60,933 nt of DNA, taken from a virus. Lineage: Duplodnaviria > Caudoviricetes. This document shows positions 36,771-46,021 of the stretch, piece by piece. A model generated the notes under the pieces. It saw only the letters and a list, made by a program, of their open reading frames with translations. It was not told the origin of the DNA and did not search any database. The position numbers were made by a program, and so were the translations under genes. The DNA is taken from positions 1-60,933 of IMG/VR virus record IMGVR_UViG_3300037114_000075. One strand, written 5' to 3'. The number at the start of each line of letters is the position of its first letter. The first letter of the stretch is position 1.

Positions 36771-37267
36771 GAAGCAGCGAGATCGTCGTCGTGCCGCCTT
36801 GGGGCAAGCGCGATGCCGGGAAGCATTTTCTGATCACGGAATGGCCGGCGGCGCGGGCGGAGAAATGGGCTGTGGCGGCGCTGTTGGCTTTCAACCGCGG
36901 CGGTGGTCGGTTCCCGATCGAGATGACCGCGGGGATGGGAATGCGCGGCATCGCGGTCCTCGGCCTCGAGACCTTCCTCCGTGGCCAGATGAAGCCCGAG
37001 GAAGTTCAGCCGATCCTCGACGATTTGCTGGACTGCGTTAAGATCGTTCGTGACAAGACGGCGCGAGACAAGGTCACGGGGAAGCCTGTGGCGACCGATA
37101 TCGTCAGCGACGACGACATCCAAGAGGTCCAGACCAGAATGTGGTTGCGCTCGGAGGTCTTGCGCGTTCATACGGGTTTTTCGGTCGGCGACGCTCTCTC
37201 CAGCTTGATCAATTTGATTTTGACGGAGCAGCGGGCCTCGCCGGATACGAAAACGTCTCCGATCTGA
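36767..37267 (+). CDS. Tail assembly chaperone
   Basis: RDAGK.F.ITE; lies between tube and tape measure genes. Confidence 0.8.
   Translation: MRSSEIVVVPPWGKRDAGKHFLITEWPAARAEKWAVAALLAFNRGGGRFPIEMTAGMGMRGIAVLGLETFLRGQMKPEEVQPILDDLLDCVKIVRDKTARDKVTGKPVATDIVSDDDIQEVQTRMWLRSEVLRVHTGFSVGDALSSLINLILTEQRASPDTKTSPI
37174..37180 (+). other. Programmed -1 frameshift heptamer G GGT TTT
   Basis: X XXY YYZ in the correct frame; the -1 frame is open to 37434. Confidence 0.75.
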
Positions 37268-37434
37268 TCGCGATCCTGTTGTCGGCTGATCGGCCCTCGG
37301 TAACGCTGCGCGAGCTCCAGACAGTTTATGGGCTGGAGGATGCCTATGACCTCCTTGAGATAAGGCTCGTCAACGCGCACAATGAGCGCATCATCGCCGA
37401 GCGCGAACGCCGCGATCGGGAAAGGAATCGCTGA
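37180..37434 (+). CDS. C-terminal extension of the frameshifted tail chaperone
   Basis: TLRELQTVYGLEDAYDLLEI; stop overlaps the tape measure ATG. Confidence 0.75.
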   Translation, partial: FGRRRSLQLDQFDFDGAAGLAGYENVSDLIAILLSADRPSVTLRELQTVYGLEDAYDLLEIRLVNAHNERIIAERERRDRERNR

Positions 37435-38960
37435 TGGCTGGTGCGGTCATAGACAGTATGGTGCTCGAACTCGGCTTGGATGCTTCAAAGTTTTCCGAAG
37501 GCCAGCAAGAAGCGATCACGAAGCTCCACGACTTCGAGACACAATCGCGTCGTTCCGGCGGTGTGATCGAAGATCAGGGCAGGCGCGTTCTTGACGTATT
37601 CCAGGCCTTCCGTCGCGAGGCGATCGTCGGACTTGGCGTATTCTTCGGCGGCAAGGAAACGCTCGACGCGATCAATCATATTATGACGATGGATGCTGCG
37701 ACAGGACGTCTGGCGCGGACGATGGACGTGAGCATCAAGGATCTTTCCGCTTGGCAGGGCGGAATTCAGGCGGTCGGAGGATCAGCGGAATCGGCGAATG
37801 CTGCCATCTCAGGATTGAGCGATGCGCTCGGGCAATTTGCTCTGACCAAGCAACCCCAGGAATGGATGCTATGGGCTAGGCGCGCTGGCGTGAACGTGTT
37901 CGATCAAAGTGGTCATGTCAAAGACAGCATAGAGCTTTTGAAAGAACTGGGGGACGCCGTTCAAGGCATGAATGCGCGCGAGCAAACGGCGTTGCTGGAG
38001 AAAATCCCCGGCATGAATCGGGACATGATCAACTTCTTGATAACGAACCGCCAGCGCCGCGACGAACTTCTTGCTGATTTCGCAGCTACGGCTCCAACGC
38101 CTGCCGAGGAAGCGGCCGCCGAAGCATACGCAGCAAAGCTAACGGAACTCGACCGGTCTGCTACGAACCTTAGTCGGTCGCTGGTTTATGCTCTTGGCCC
38201 CGCGCTGACGACGATTATGGACGCGATGACTAATTTCTTGGGGATTGCCGCAACCCCTCTTCCGAAAGGCGGCTTCTGGTACGATTTAGTCTACGCGCTC
38301 GATCCAGGTATCGCCGACCGGATCTTCGGAGTCCCGAAAGATTCAGATATGGCGACAGGGGCAGGGAGCACCGCTGCCGCGCCAGCACCGGCCGCTGGCG
38401 GAAGCGGCGCCGGGGCGACGCGTGGAGACCGCAACAACAACCCGGGGAACATCGTCTACGGACCATGGGCGGCCGCGCACGGGGCAAGCGGTAGCGACGG
38501 GCACTTCGCCATCTTCCCTACGCTGGAAGTCGGCCAAAGCGCAATGGATGCCCTTCTGGCTTCTGGGTCGTATTCCGGGTTGACGCTCTCTCAGTTGCAA
38601 CAGAAATGGGTAGGTAACGCCGATCCTAATTATCTCGGTGGCCTAGAATCAGCGACAGGCCTCGCCGGCGGCGACGTTCCTAATCTTTCCGATCCATCGG
38701 TTCGGTCCGCAATAGAGCGCGGAATATCGCGAGGCGAAGGAACGCATATCGTGAGCGCTGCTGCTTTGGCTTCCGGGGTATCCCGGTCTATGCCAGCGGC
38801 GGCCGCCCACGGGAGCACGGGTAATCCAGTCACCGTCACCGTTGGGAATGTCTACATCAACGCGCCGCAGGCGAAGGATTCGCCGAGCGCTGCGGCAGAG
38901 GTCGGCCCGGCCCTTCAGAGAAGCATCAAAGCCTCTGCCGCCAATTACAGCCAGCAATAG
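37434..38960 (+). CDS. Tape measure protein with putative muralytic domain
   Basis: VIDSMVLELGLD helical N-terminus; RNNNPGNI..FAIF. Confidence 0.85.
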   Translation: MAGAVIDSMVLELGLDASKFSEGQQEAITKLHDFETQSRRSGGVIEDQGRRVLDVFQAFRREAIVGLGVFFGGKETLDAINHIMTMDAATGRLARTMDVSIKDLSAWQGGIQAVGGSAESANAAISGLSDALGQFALTKQPQEWMLWARRAGVNVFDQSGHVKDSIELLKELGDAVQGMNAREQTALLEKIPGMNRDMINFLITNRQRRDELLADFAATAPTPAEEAAAEAYAAKLTELDRSATNLSRSLVYALGPALTTIMDAMTNFLGIAATPLPKGGFWYDLVYALDPGIADRIFGVPKDSDMATGAGSTAAAPAPAAGGSGAGATRGDRNNNPGNIVYGPWAAAHGASGSDGHFAIFPTLEVGQSAMDALLASGSYSGLTLSQLQQKWVGNADPNYLGGLESATGLAGGDVPNLSDPSVRSAIERGISRGEGTHIVSAAALASGVSRSMPAAAAHGSTGNPVTVTVGNVYINAPQAKDSPSAAAEVGPALQRSIKASAANYSQQ

Positions 38961-38969
38961 GGGAGAGGC

Positions 38970-39653
38970 ATGTCTTTCGTCGATCTGCTGACCTCCGACG
39001 CCGAAGACCTCGGGCTTGATTCCCTCTCACCCGGATCGGGATGGGGGATTTATCTCAACGGCTCGCCGGTGCTTCAGCCCGCATCGCCTTTTTCGAGCCC
39101 TATGTCTCCGCTGCTCTCGATTGCTTCGTCATTGGCGGCTTTGGTCGGGGTTCCAAATATTGTCCCCGCAACAGCCTCGACCATCGATTTCGAATACGGC
39201 CAGGACTGGCCGATTTCGAACTATCCGCAGGAACAGGGTGCCTTTCAATCATACAACAAGGTGACGCTACCTTTCGACGTCAAGGTTCATGTGGCATCAG
39301 GTGGCAGCCCTTCGGCTCGACAGGCCTTCCTCTCGACATGTCTTGCGATCGCAAATTCGCTTTCGCTGTTTGATGTCGTCACCCCGGAGATGACATTCAC
39401 CAGCGTGTGTTGCTCACACATCGATTGGCGACGCTCTGCGGATCGAGGCCAGACGCTCATCGTCGTCGATCTCTGGTTTCAGCTCATCAGCGTTTCGTCC
39501 TCGACAGGCTTCTCCAACACTCAGCAGCCCGGCGAATCCAGTCAGCAGGCTCTCGGAAGTGTTCAAGCCCAGCAGCCGAGCACGAGCGTCACAAATTCAA
39601 TTTCTGTCGGCGGAGTCGGCGGAAGTTCAATCTCCACGATTCCGGGAAGTTGA
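38970..39653 (+). CDS. Baseplate/tail-tube initiator protein
   Basis: WGIY..YPQEQG.F.SYNKV..P. Confidence 0.75.
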   Translation: MSFVDLLTSDAEDLGLDSLSPGSGWGIYLNGSPVLQPASPFSSPMSPLLSIASSLAALVGVPNIVPATASTIDFEYGQDWPISNYPQEQGAFQSYNKVTLPFDVKVHVASGGSPSARQAFLSTCLAIANSLSLFDVVTPEMTFTSVCCSHIDWRRSADRGQTLIVVDLWFQLISVSSSTGFSNTQQPGESSQQALGSVQAQQPSTSVTNSISVGGVGGSSISTIPGS

Positions 39654-39656
39654 AAA

Positions 39657-39986
39657 ATGCTGACCATCCCGCTCCAAGCAATTCCGAATCAAACTCTGCA
39701 ATGCCAGGTTAATGGGCAGAATTGCACGATCACGATCCAGCAATATGCCTATGGTCTTTTCTTCTCGCTTCAGGTCGGAACGGAATTGATCGTCAGCAGC
39801 GTCCCGTGCCTTAACCTCGTCTTCCTAGTGAGATTCGCCTATCTCGGCTTCATAGGAGATTTCGTCTTCGTCGACACGCAGGGAACCAGCAATCCGATCT
39901 ATACTGCCCTGGGATCCCGCTGTCAGCTTGTCTATCTGACGCCTGCCGAGGTCGCGGAATATGCCGCCGTCGCAGCGGCGGCCTGA
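39657..39986 (+). CDS. Baseplate protein
   Basis: IPLQAIPNQ..FVDTQG..P..LG. Confidence 0.75.
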   Translation: MLTIPLQAIPNQTLQCQVNGQNCTITIQQYAYGLFFSLQVGTELIVSSVPCLNLVFLVRFAYLGFIGDFVFVDTQGTSNPIYTALGSRCQLVYLTPAEVAEYAAVAAAA

Positions 39987-39997
39987 ATGGGGCGCAC

Positions 39998-40948
39998 ATG
40001 ACTTTCAGCTCAAAGCTCATCTCCATCCAGGTCCAACTGGCGCAAGGTTCCAACACGAGCCAGCCGAACACATTTGCCGAGAGCGGAACCGATACGACGA
40101 TGCTTTCCGGATCGCGGACACAAGTCAGGATTGAGAACGCCAGCGCGCCGGGAATAAGCATCGCGCATGTCAAGATTTGGGGCTTGACCCCGAGCTTGAT
40201 GAACCAACTTTCCGCGCTCGGAATCGCCTTCAATCAAGTGCCTGGGAATTTCATTACTATCACGGCCGGAGATGCGGTTTCTGGAATGTCCACGGTCTTT
40301 TCAGGGGTGATCCTGAACGCATACGGCGATTATCAGAACCAGCCCGACGTCCCGTTCTTGATCGAAGCGAATTCCACTCTAAGCCAAGCCGTCGGCGTCG
40401 CACAGGCTCCTTCGAGCTTTCCGGGGACGCAAAGCGCCGCAAACATCATGGCCGGGATCGCTGGCCAGATGGGGCTGACGTTCGAGAACAACGGCGTCAC
40501 CGCTCAACTCAGCAATGTTTATTTGAGCGGCTCTTTGGCGACGCAAGCCGACAGGCTCGCAGATATGGCAAATTTCAAATGGGGGGTTTTCGGGAAAACG
40601 CTCGCCATCTGGCCACTCAACGGAAGCCGGAATAGTTCGAGCATTCCAACAATTTCCCCTGAGAACGGCATGATCGGCTACCCGGCTTTCGCCGCCTTCG
40701 GCGTCGTCGTCAAAACGCTGTTCAATCCGCAGCTCTCCTACGGGAGCAAGGTTCAGGTCAATAGCAGCGTCATCGCCGGCATTGCCTCTGCTTCCGCGGG
40801 TAATCCGACGAGGCCGACGATCCCTTCGCAATTTACAATTCTCAAGGTCGACCACTCCCTCGATTCGCTTCTCCCAGGAGGAGATTGGATGACCACGATC
40901 CAAGGATGGACTCTCGGAAGTTCGACTTCGCCGCCTTCGCCTTCATAG
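39998..40948 (+). CDS. Baseplate hub protein
   Basis: IWGL, ITAGD, FENNGV, GMIGYP. Confidence 0.8.
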   Translation: MTFSSKLISIQVQLAQGSNTSQPNTFAESGTDTTMLSGSRTQVRIENASAPGISIAHVKIWGLTPSLMNQLSALGIAFNQVPGNFITITAGDAVSGMSTVFSGVILNAYGDYQNQPDVPFLIEANSTLSQAVGVAQAPSSFPGTQSAANIMAGIAGQMGLTFENNGVTAQLSNVYLSGSLATQADRLADMANFKWGVFGKTLAIWPLNGSRNSSSIPTISPENGMIGYPAFAAFGVVVKTLFNPQLSYGSKVQVNSSVIAGIASASAGNPTRPTIPSQFTILKVDHSLDSLLPGGDWMTTIQGWTLGSSTSPPSPS

Positions 40949-40957
40949 GATTCCTTG

Positions 40958-41668
40958 ATGACGACCACCACGGGCTACGGCCAGCAGTCACCTTATGACT
41001 CGACTTCCGAATTCTCGGTGGACTCGTTCATTGTGCGTCAGATGATGGCGCAACTCGACACGATGAAACCTTGCAAGGTGACTGCGGTTCATCCCGGAGC
41101 AGGTTCGCCGCCGATCGCCGGAACGGTCGATGTTCAGCTTCTCATCAGCCAAGTTGATGGCGCCGGCAACGTCGTCAAGCAGGGTGTCGTCTACGGCATC
41201 CCGTACACCCGGATTCAGGGCGGTCCGTGGTCGATCGTGTGCGATCCGGGTGTTGGCGATTTCGGCTGGCTCAGTTCGGCTGATCGGGACATTTCGGCGC
41301 TGAAAAGCGCCGTCGCGCAGGGGCAATCTCCGACCAACGTCAACCCAGGCTCGAATCGAAAATATCACGTCTCCGATGCGGTCTATGTCGGCGGCGCTTT
41401 CAACCCGACAGTCACGAAGGCTTGGATCTGGCTGAAGGCCGACGGCACCCTTCAGATTCAGGATGAACTAGGAAATGTGGTACAAAGCTCATCCGCAGGG
41501 TTCGTTTTCACGCCGGTCAGCGGGGGTGTATTCAAGGTGAACGGGGCAATCGAAGCAACGGGCGATGTAATCGCGGGTCTCGGTTCTGCTCAGGTCAGCC
41601 TTCTGACCCACTTGCAGATGGACGGCGGCGGCGTCGGCCTTTCCGGGCCTCCAGAACCTGGGACATGA
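40958..41668 (+). CDS. Baseplate spike (Gp138/gpV-like)
   Basis: GTVDVQ..QGG..DP.VGD.G..DRDIS; C-terminal SLLTH..GPP. Confidence 0.85.
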   Translation: MTTTTGYGQQSPYDSTSEFSVDSFIVRQMMAQLDTMKPCKVTAVHPGAGSPPIAGTVDVQLLISQVDGAGNVVKQGVVYGIPYTRIQGGPWSIVCDPGVGDFGWLSSADRDISALKSAVAQGQSPTNVNPGSNRKYHVSDAVYVGGAFNPTVTKAWIWLKADGTLQIQDELGNVVQSSSAGFVFTPVSGGVFKVNGAIEATGDVIAGLGSAQVSLLTHLQMDGGGVGLSGPPEPGT

Positions 41669-41671
41669 TGC

Positions 41672-42073
41672 ATGGACACGCTCATGCTCGACACCGCGCT
41701 GGACGAGAACGGTTTGCCGGTGTGGGATTTAATGGTGGACGCGAATGGCAACATCGCCGTCGCGACTGGCGCGCTCGCGCTCGCGCAAGATGCCGCCTCG
41801 GCGATCAAGACTTTCCTCGGGGAATGTTATTGGGATACGACGATCGGCGTTCCTTGGCTTCAGCAGATTCTCGGCCGGCCTGTCAGTCTCGCGCTTCTCA
41901 AGCAGCAACTTGTCGACGCCGCGCTGACCGTTCCTGGCGTCGCCTCGGCCGTCGTCTATATCTCGGGCTTCTCCAATCGATCCATTGCTGGGCAGGTGCA
42001 GGTCGTCTCGGCGACGACAGGACAGATCGGCGCCGCGAATTTCTCGGTGATTAATCCGCAGGGGACCGGCTGA
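41672..42073 (+). CDS. Baseplate wedge (gp25/gpW-like)
   Basis: WDL..GNIA..FLGECYWDT..GVPW. Confidence 0.8.
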   Translation: MDTLMLDTALDENGLPVWDLMVDANGNIAVATGALALAQDAASAIKTFLGECYWDTTIGVPWLQQILGRPVSLALLKQQLVDAALTVPGVASAVVYISGFSNRSIAGQVQVVSATTGQIGAANFSVINPQGTG

Positions 42074-43947
42074 TGCCCGCAACGAATGTTCCGCCGATCA
42101 TTTGGGGCTTGAATGGTCCGCAGGTTCCGTCCGGCCCTGCGATCCTCTCCGGCGTGCAGGCCGACATCACTGCGTCGTTCGGTACGGCGCTCAATTTCAA
42201 CCTCAATACGCCGCAGGGGCAGCTTTCCTCGAGCTGGGCGGCCGACATCAGCAATGCCTACCAGCTCGTTTCGTATTACGCATTCCAAACCGATCCGGCT
42301 TATGCGCAAGGCCGCATGCAGGACGGCATCGCCGCCATTTACCAGATCACGCGCATCGCTGCGATCCCGACAACGATTCAGGTATCATGCCTCGGCTCTG
42401 CCGCTCCACTGCCGGCGGGGCCGACAAACTTCGCGACCGTTGTCGATCAAACCGGCAACATCTATCAAGCCACTTCGGCGGGCACTCTCCCGGTCGGCGG
42501 GGGCACAATCACGCTGTCCTTCGCCTGCCTGACACCGGGGCCTATTCCGATTCCGAGCGCTCTGACGATCTCGCCGGCGATCCCAGGATGGGATACCGCG
42601 ACGGTCGTCGGCGGCAGCGTCGGCCAAAACACGGAAACATCTCAGCAGTTAGAGCTTCGACGCTCCAATTCCGTTTCGGGCAACGCCCAAAATCTCAACG
42701 ACGCCATTCTCGGACTGATCCTCGGCGTCCCCGGCGTTCTGGATGCCTATGTCGTCGACAATCCGACATCCGGGCCGGTGACGATCGGCGGCGTGGTGAT
42801 CCCGGCCAACACGATCTTTATCGCTGTCACCGGCGGCGCGGCGGCCGCCGTCGCTCAAGCGATTTGGTCGAAGAAGCCACCGGGCATTCCTCTTTACGCC
42901 GGGAACAACAGCCAGACCGTTGTAGATCCAAATCCGCGCTACGTTTCGAATCCGCCTCAATATACGATCACATGGCAAACACCGGCCACGATCCAGGCTT
43001 ATTTCGCGGTGGTCATCGCCAACAGTTCGCTCGTTCCGACAAACGCGACGACGCTCATTCAGCAGGCGATCATCACCGCCTTTCAAGGCGGCGTAGCGAT
43101 CTTTACCGGTTCGATATCCGGCACAACGCTGAATGTCAGCGCAGTTGAGCAAGGCGCGCTGGCCGTCGGGCTTCTTCTCAACGGGCCACGCGTCTCTCAA
43201 AGCACCGTCATCACGGCGCTTGGAACAGGCCAAGGCGGCATCGGCACTTATATCGTGTCCCAATCCCAGATCGTAGCTTCGACGGCGATCTCGGCCTCTC
43301 CGCAAACCAACACGCCGGTTCCCCCGCCGGCGCGCATCGGCTCGACGATATATGCAAACCAATATGGTGCTCTGATCGGCGCTCTCGGATCATGGGCGGC
43401 GGTGAAAAGCCTGCTGGTCGGGTTGAGTTCATTACCGACGGCCTATTTCGTCGGATACATCTCCGGCAACACGCTGACGGTTTTGGTCGCTTCGTCCGGA
43501 ACTATTGCGGTCAATCAGTTCTTGAACGGTCTCGATTCTGCCGCGTCGATTCCAGTTGGCACGATCATCGCGGCGTTGGGGAGCGGGTCTGGCGGGACCG
43601 GAACTTACACGCTCAACAATAGCCTTACACTCGCCGGGGCGACATTCACCGGAACTCGGAACACCGCTGATCAGATCACGGCCAGCGCGGTGACCGGAAT
43701 CATCAATATCGGCGATGTCATAGTCGGCACTGGAATTTCGGCCGGCGTCACCATCACGGGGCAGATCAGCGGCACAACCGGCGGCGCGGGAGTTTATTCG
43801 ACCAGCGCGGATACGTCCGCTTCGAGCGCGTCAGTTACCTGCGGAGCGGCCATAACTGCGGCGGCGGCCAATCAGAATTATGTGGCGCTGGGCATCAACC
43901 AGGAACCGAACATTACAGCGGCGAGCATTTTGGTGAGCTTCGCATGA
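42073..43947 (+). CDS. Baseplate J-like protein with three inserted beta modules
   Basis: TPQGQL, GRMQD, ET..LELRR, VPGVLDA. Confidence 0.88.
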   Translation: MPATNVPPIIWGLNGPQVPSGPAILSGVQADITASFGTALNFNLNTPQGQLSSSWAADISNAYQLVSYYAFQTDPAYAQGRMQDGIAAIYQITRIAAIPTTIQVSCLGSAAPLPAGPTNFATVVDQTGNIYQATSAGTLPVGGGTITLSFACLTPGPIPIPSALTISPAIPGWDTATVVGGSVGQNTETSQQLELRRSNSVSGNAQNLNDAILGLILGVPGVLDAYVVDNPTSGPVTIGGVVIPANTIFIAVTGGAAAAVAQAIWSKKPPGIPLYAGNNSQTVVDPNPRYVSNPPQYTITWQTPATIQAYFAVVIANSSLVPTNATTLIQQAIITAFQGGVAIFTGSISGTTLNVSAVEQGALAVGLLLNGPRVSQSTVITALGTGQGGIGTYIVSQSQIVASTAISASPQTNTPVPPPARIGSTIYANQYGALIGALGSWAAVKSLLVGLSSLPTAYFVGYISGNTLTVLVASSGTIAVNQFLNGLDSAASIPVGTIIAALGSGSGGTGTYTLNNSLTLAGATFTGTRNTADQITASAVTGIINIGDVIVGTGISAGVTITGQISGTTGGAGVYSTSADTSASSASVTCGAAITAAAANQNYVALGINQEPNITAASILVSFA

Positions 43948-44612
43948 GCTTGTCCGGCCCTCCATATCCATTCGCTCCCATTGCCGGCAGCAATGCGATC
44001 GGGTCTTTCCAGATCGGCGTCAGCCCGATCGGGACGATCTCGGCCTTTGACCCATGGCAGACCGTCATTAGCCAATATGCAAATTCACCAATCCTCGACA
44101 TGCTGATCACCTGCTTCAACGCGGCGATCGACCTCACAGAGAATATGGACAATTTCTATGATTATATTTGGAACGTGGCTACGGCGGTCGGCTACGGACT
44201 CGATGTCTGGGGGCGGATCGTCGGCATGTCGAGGACGATCGAGGTTCCGGCGGGCTCTTATCTTGGTTTTGAGGAAGCTGATTCGTGGGTCGGCTTCGGG
44301 CAAGGCACTCTTTATTCCGGTCAAGGTCAATCCGGGACCGCGGTTTCTCTCTCCGATCCGGCTTATCGTCTCCTGATCCTCGCGAAGGCGGCGACGAATA
44401 TCTGGGACGGTTCTATCCCTCAGCTCAACCAGATTCTCCTCAGTCTTTTCCAAGGTCTCGGAAACTGCTATGTTAGGGACAACGGCAACTTGACGATGAC
44501 CTATGTTTTCGACTTCGCGCTGACGCCGGTTCAGTTGGCGATCGTTGAAGCCGGAATTCTTCCTCGGCCAGCGGGCGTCGCGACCTCTATCGTTCAAGGA
44601 GTGATCCCATGA
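43944..44612 (+). CDS. Baseplate wedge, DUF2612 family
   Basis: SQYANSP, TAVGYGLDVWGRIVG, LPRPAGV. Confidence 0.88.
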   Translation: MSLSGPPYPFAPIAGSNAIGSFQIGVSPIGTISAFDPWQTVISQYANSPILDMLITCFNAAIDLTENMDNFYDYIWNVATAVGYGLDVWGRIVGMSRTIEVPAGSYLGFEEADSWVGFGQGTLYSGQGQSGTAVSLSDPAYRLLILAKAATNIWDGSIPQLNQILLSLFQGLGNCYVRDNGNLTMTYVFDFALTPVQLAIVEAGILPRPAGVATSIVQGVIP

Positions 44613-46021
44613 TCAGCGTCATTCGTCGGATTGTAACGCTGGCCGCTTTCTTCTTGGCGACGGCCGCGCACGCAATGACGGCATCGTCGATCCCGACGAA
44701 AGTTCCGACATATTGGGGAACAGGCGCTCAGGTCGGATACATCACATGCCCGATACCGATTCCGTCGCAGATAAGCATCGCTGCTGGCCGCGCGTCTTGG
44801 ACCGACGGATTTCCACCGCTGGTTTTTACGCCGGTCGGTGCCGGGGGGGTGCCGTTTTTCGGTCAAGATCTAAATGGTGTCCTCTGCCAGCTCTCGCAAT
44901 GGACGCGCTGGTATGATGCTGGCGCGCCGATCCCCTATGATTCCGCGTTCCAGTCGGCAGTCGGCGGATATCCTGTGGACGCGATCATCGCCAGTGCGGC
45001 GACGCCCGGTAATTTCTGGATCAACATCGTCGACAACAACACGACCGATCCGGACACGGGCGGTGCTGGATGGAAGCCATGGCCGGCAAGCGGCACGGGC
45101 GTCGGGAATGTTGTCGGGGCCAGCGCATCGGCGGTTGGAAATATCCCCAGCTTCAGCAACACGTCGACGACGGGGATTGTCGATAGCGGCGTTGCGGCTG
45201 CAAGTCTGCAAGCGCTGCTCACCGTCCATGATGAGTTCTACGTCAGTCCTACAGGAACCGACGCGGGGAACTGTACCAACTCGGGCGCGCCATGCCTTAC
45301 CCTCACCTACGCCGCGCAACAGGCGCTGAATTCGAATGCCGGAAATAATGTCCAGATCATCAACATGGCTGCAGGGGATTGGAACGAGACGGTCGATATA
45401 CAGGGCACATCTCCATTCAGCGCCAACACGAATCATAACGATCAACTTCTTTTCGATGGAGATGGATCGGGGAACACGACCTGGAACGGCAGCGGCTCGA
45501 ACTGCGGCACTCTCATTGCCAATGCCGGGGCCAATGTCGGGATTGAAAATCTTACGATTGAAGCAGAGCAGAATGCCTGCTCCAGTTCGCTCTATGCCCA
45601 ACTCACGGGGATCATCCAGGTCTATGGAGGCGTGGTTTTTGGGGCGGCCAATGTGTCCCATATCCACGTCGAAGGCGAAGGTTCGCAGGTTCAGATCTGG
45701 AACAGCTACACCGTCGCAAGCGGCTCTTACACTCTCCAATCTCACATGGCGGCGGTCAGCGGCGGATTGATCGAGATCAATCCGACTTCTGTGGCCGTTG
45801 CGTTCGGGTCCCCATCCCCGACGTATAGCATCGGGGTCTTCTTCGCGCAGGTCAACGGAGTTATTTATCTAGGACAACCGGGGAGTTTCGCGGGCGCTAC
45901 TCCAACTGGACCAAAATACTCCGCCTCGACGAATGCAACGGTTTTCACCGACGGCTATGGATGCTCGAATCTTCCTGGAACCGTCGCCGGGGCAACGGCG
46001 ACCAACGGGATCTGTCAATGA
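44609..46021 (+). CDS. Tail fibre with an N-terminal Sec-type signal peptide
   Basis: ASWTDGFPPL..GGVP..GQDLNG fibre anchor preceded by MISVIRRIVTLAAFFLATAAHA; AAGGAG RBS and ATGA overlap. Confidence 0.85.
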   Translation: MISVIRRIVTLAAFFLATAAHAMTASSIPTKVPTYWGTGAQVGYITCPIPIPSQISIAAGRASWTDGFPPLVFTPVGAGGVPFFGQDLNGVLCQLSQWTRWYDAGAPIPYDSAFQSAVGGYPVDAIIASAATPGNFWINIVDNNTTDPDTGGAGWKPWPASGTGVGNVVGASASAVGNIPSFSNTSTTGIVDSGVAAASLQALLTVHDEFYVSPTGTDAGNCTNSGAPCLTLTYAAQQALNSNAGNNVQIINMAAGDWNETVDIQGTSPFSANTNHNDQLLFDGDGSGNTTWNGSGSNCGTLIANAGANVGIENLTIEAEQNACSSSLYAQLTGIIQVYGGVVFGAANVSHIHVEGEGSQVQIWNSYTVASGSYTLQSHMAAVSGGLIEINPTSVAVAFGSPSPTYSIGVFFAQVNGVIYLGQPGSFAGATPTGPKYSASTNATVFTDGYGCSNLPGTVAGATATNGICQ

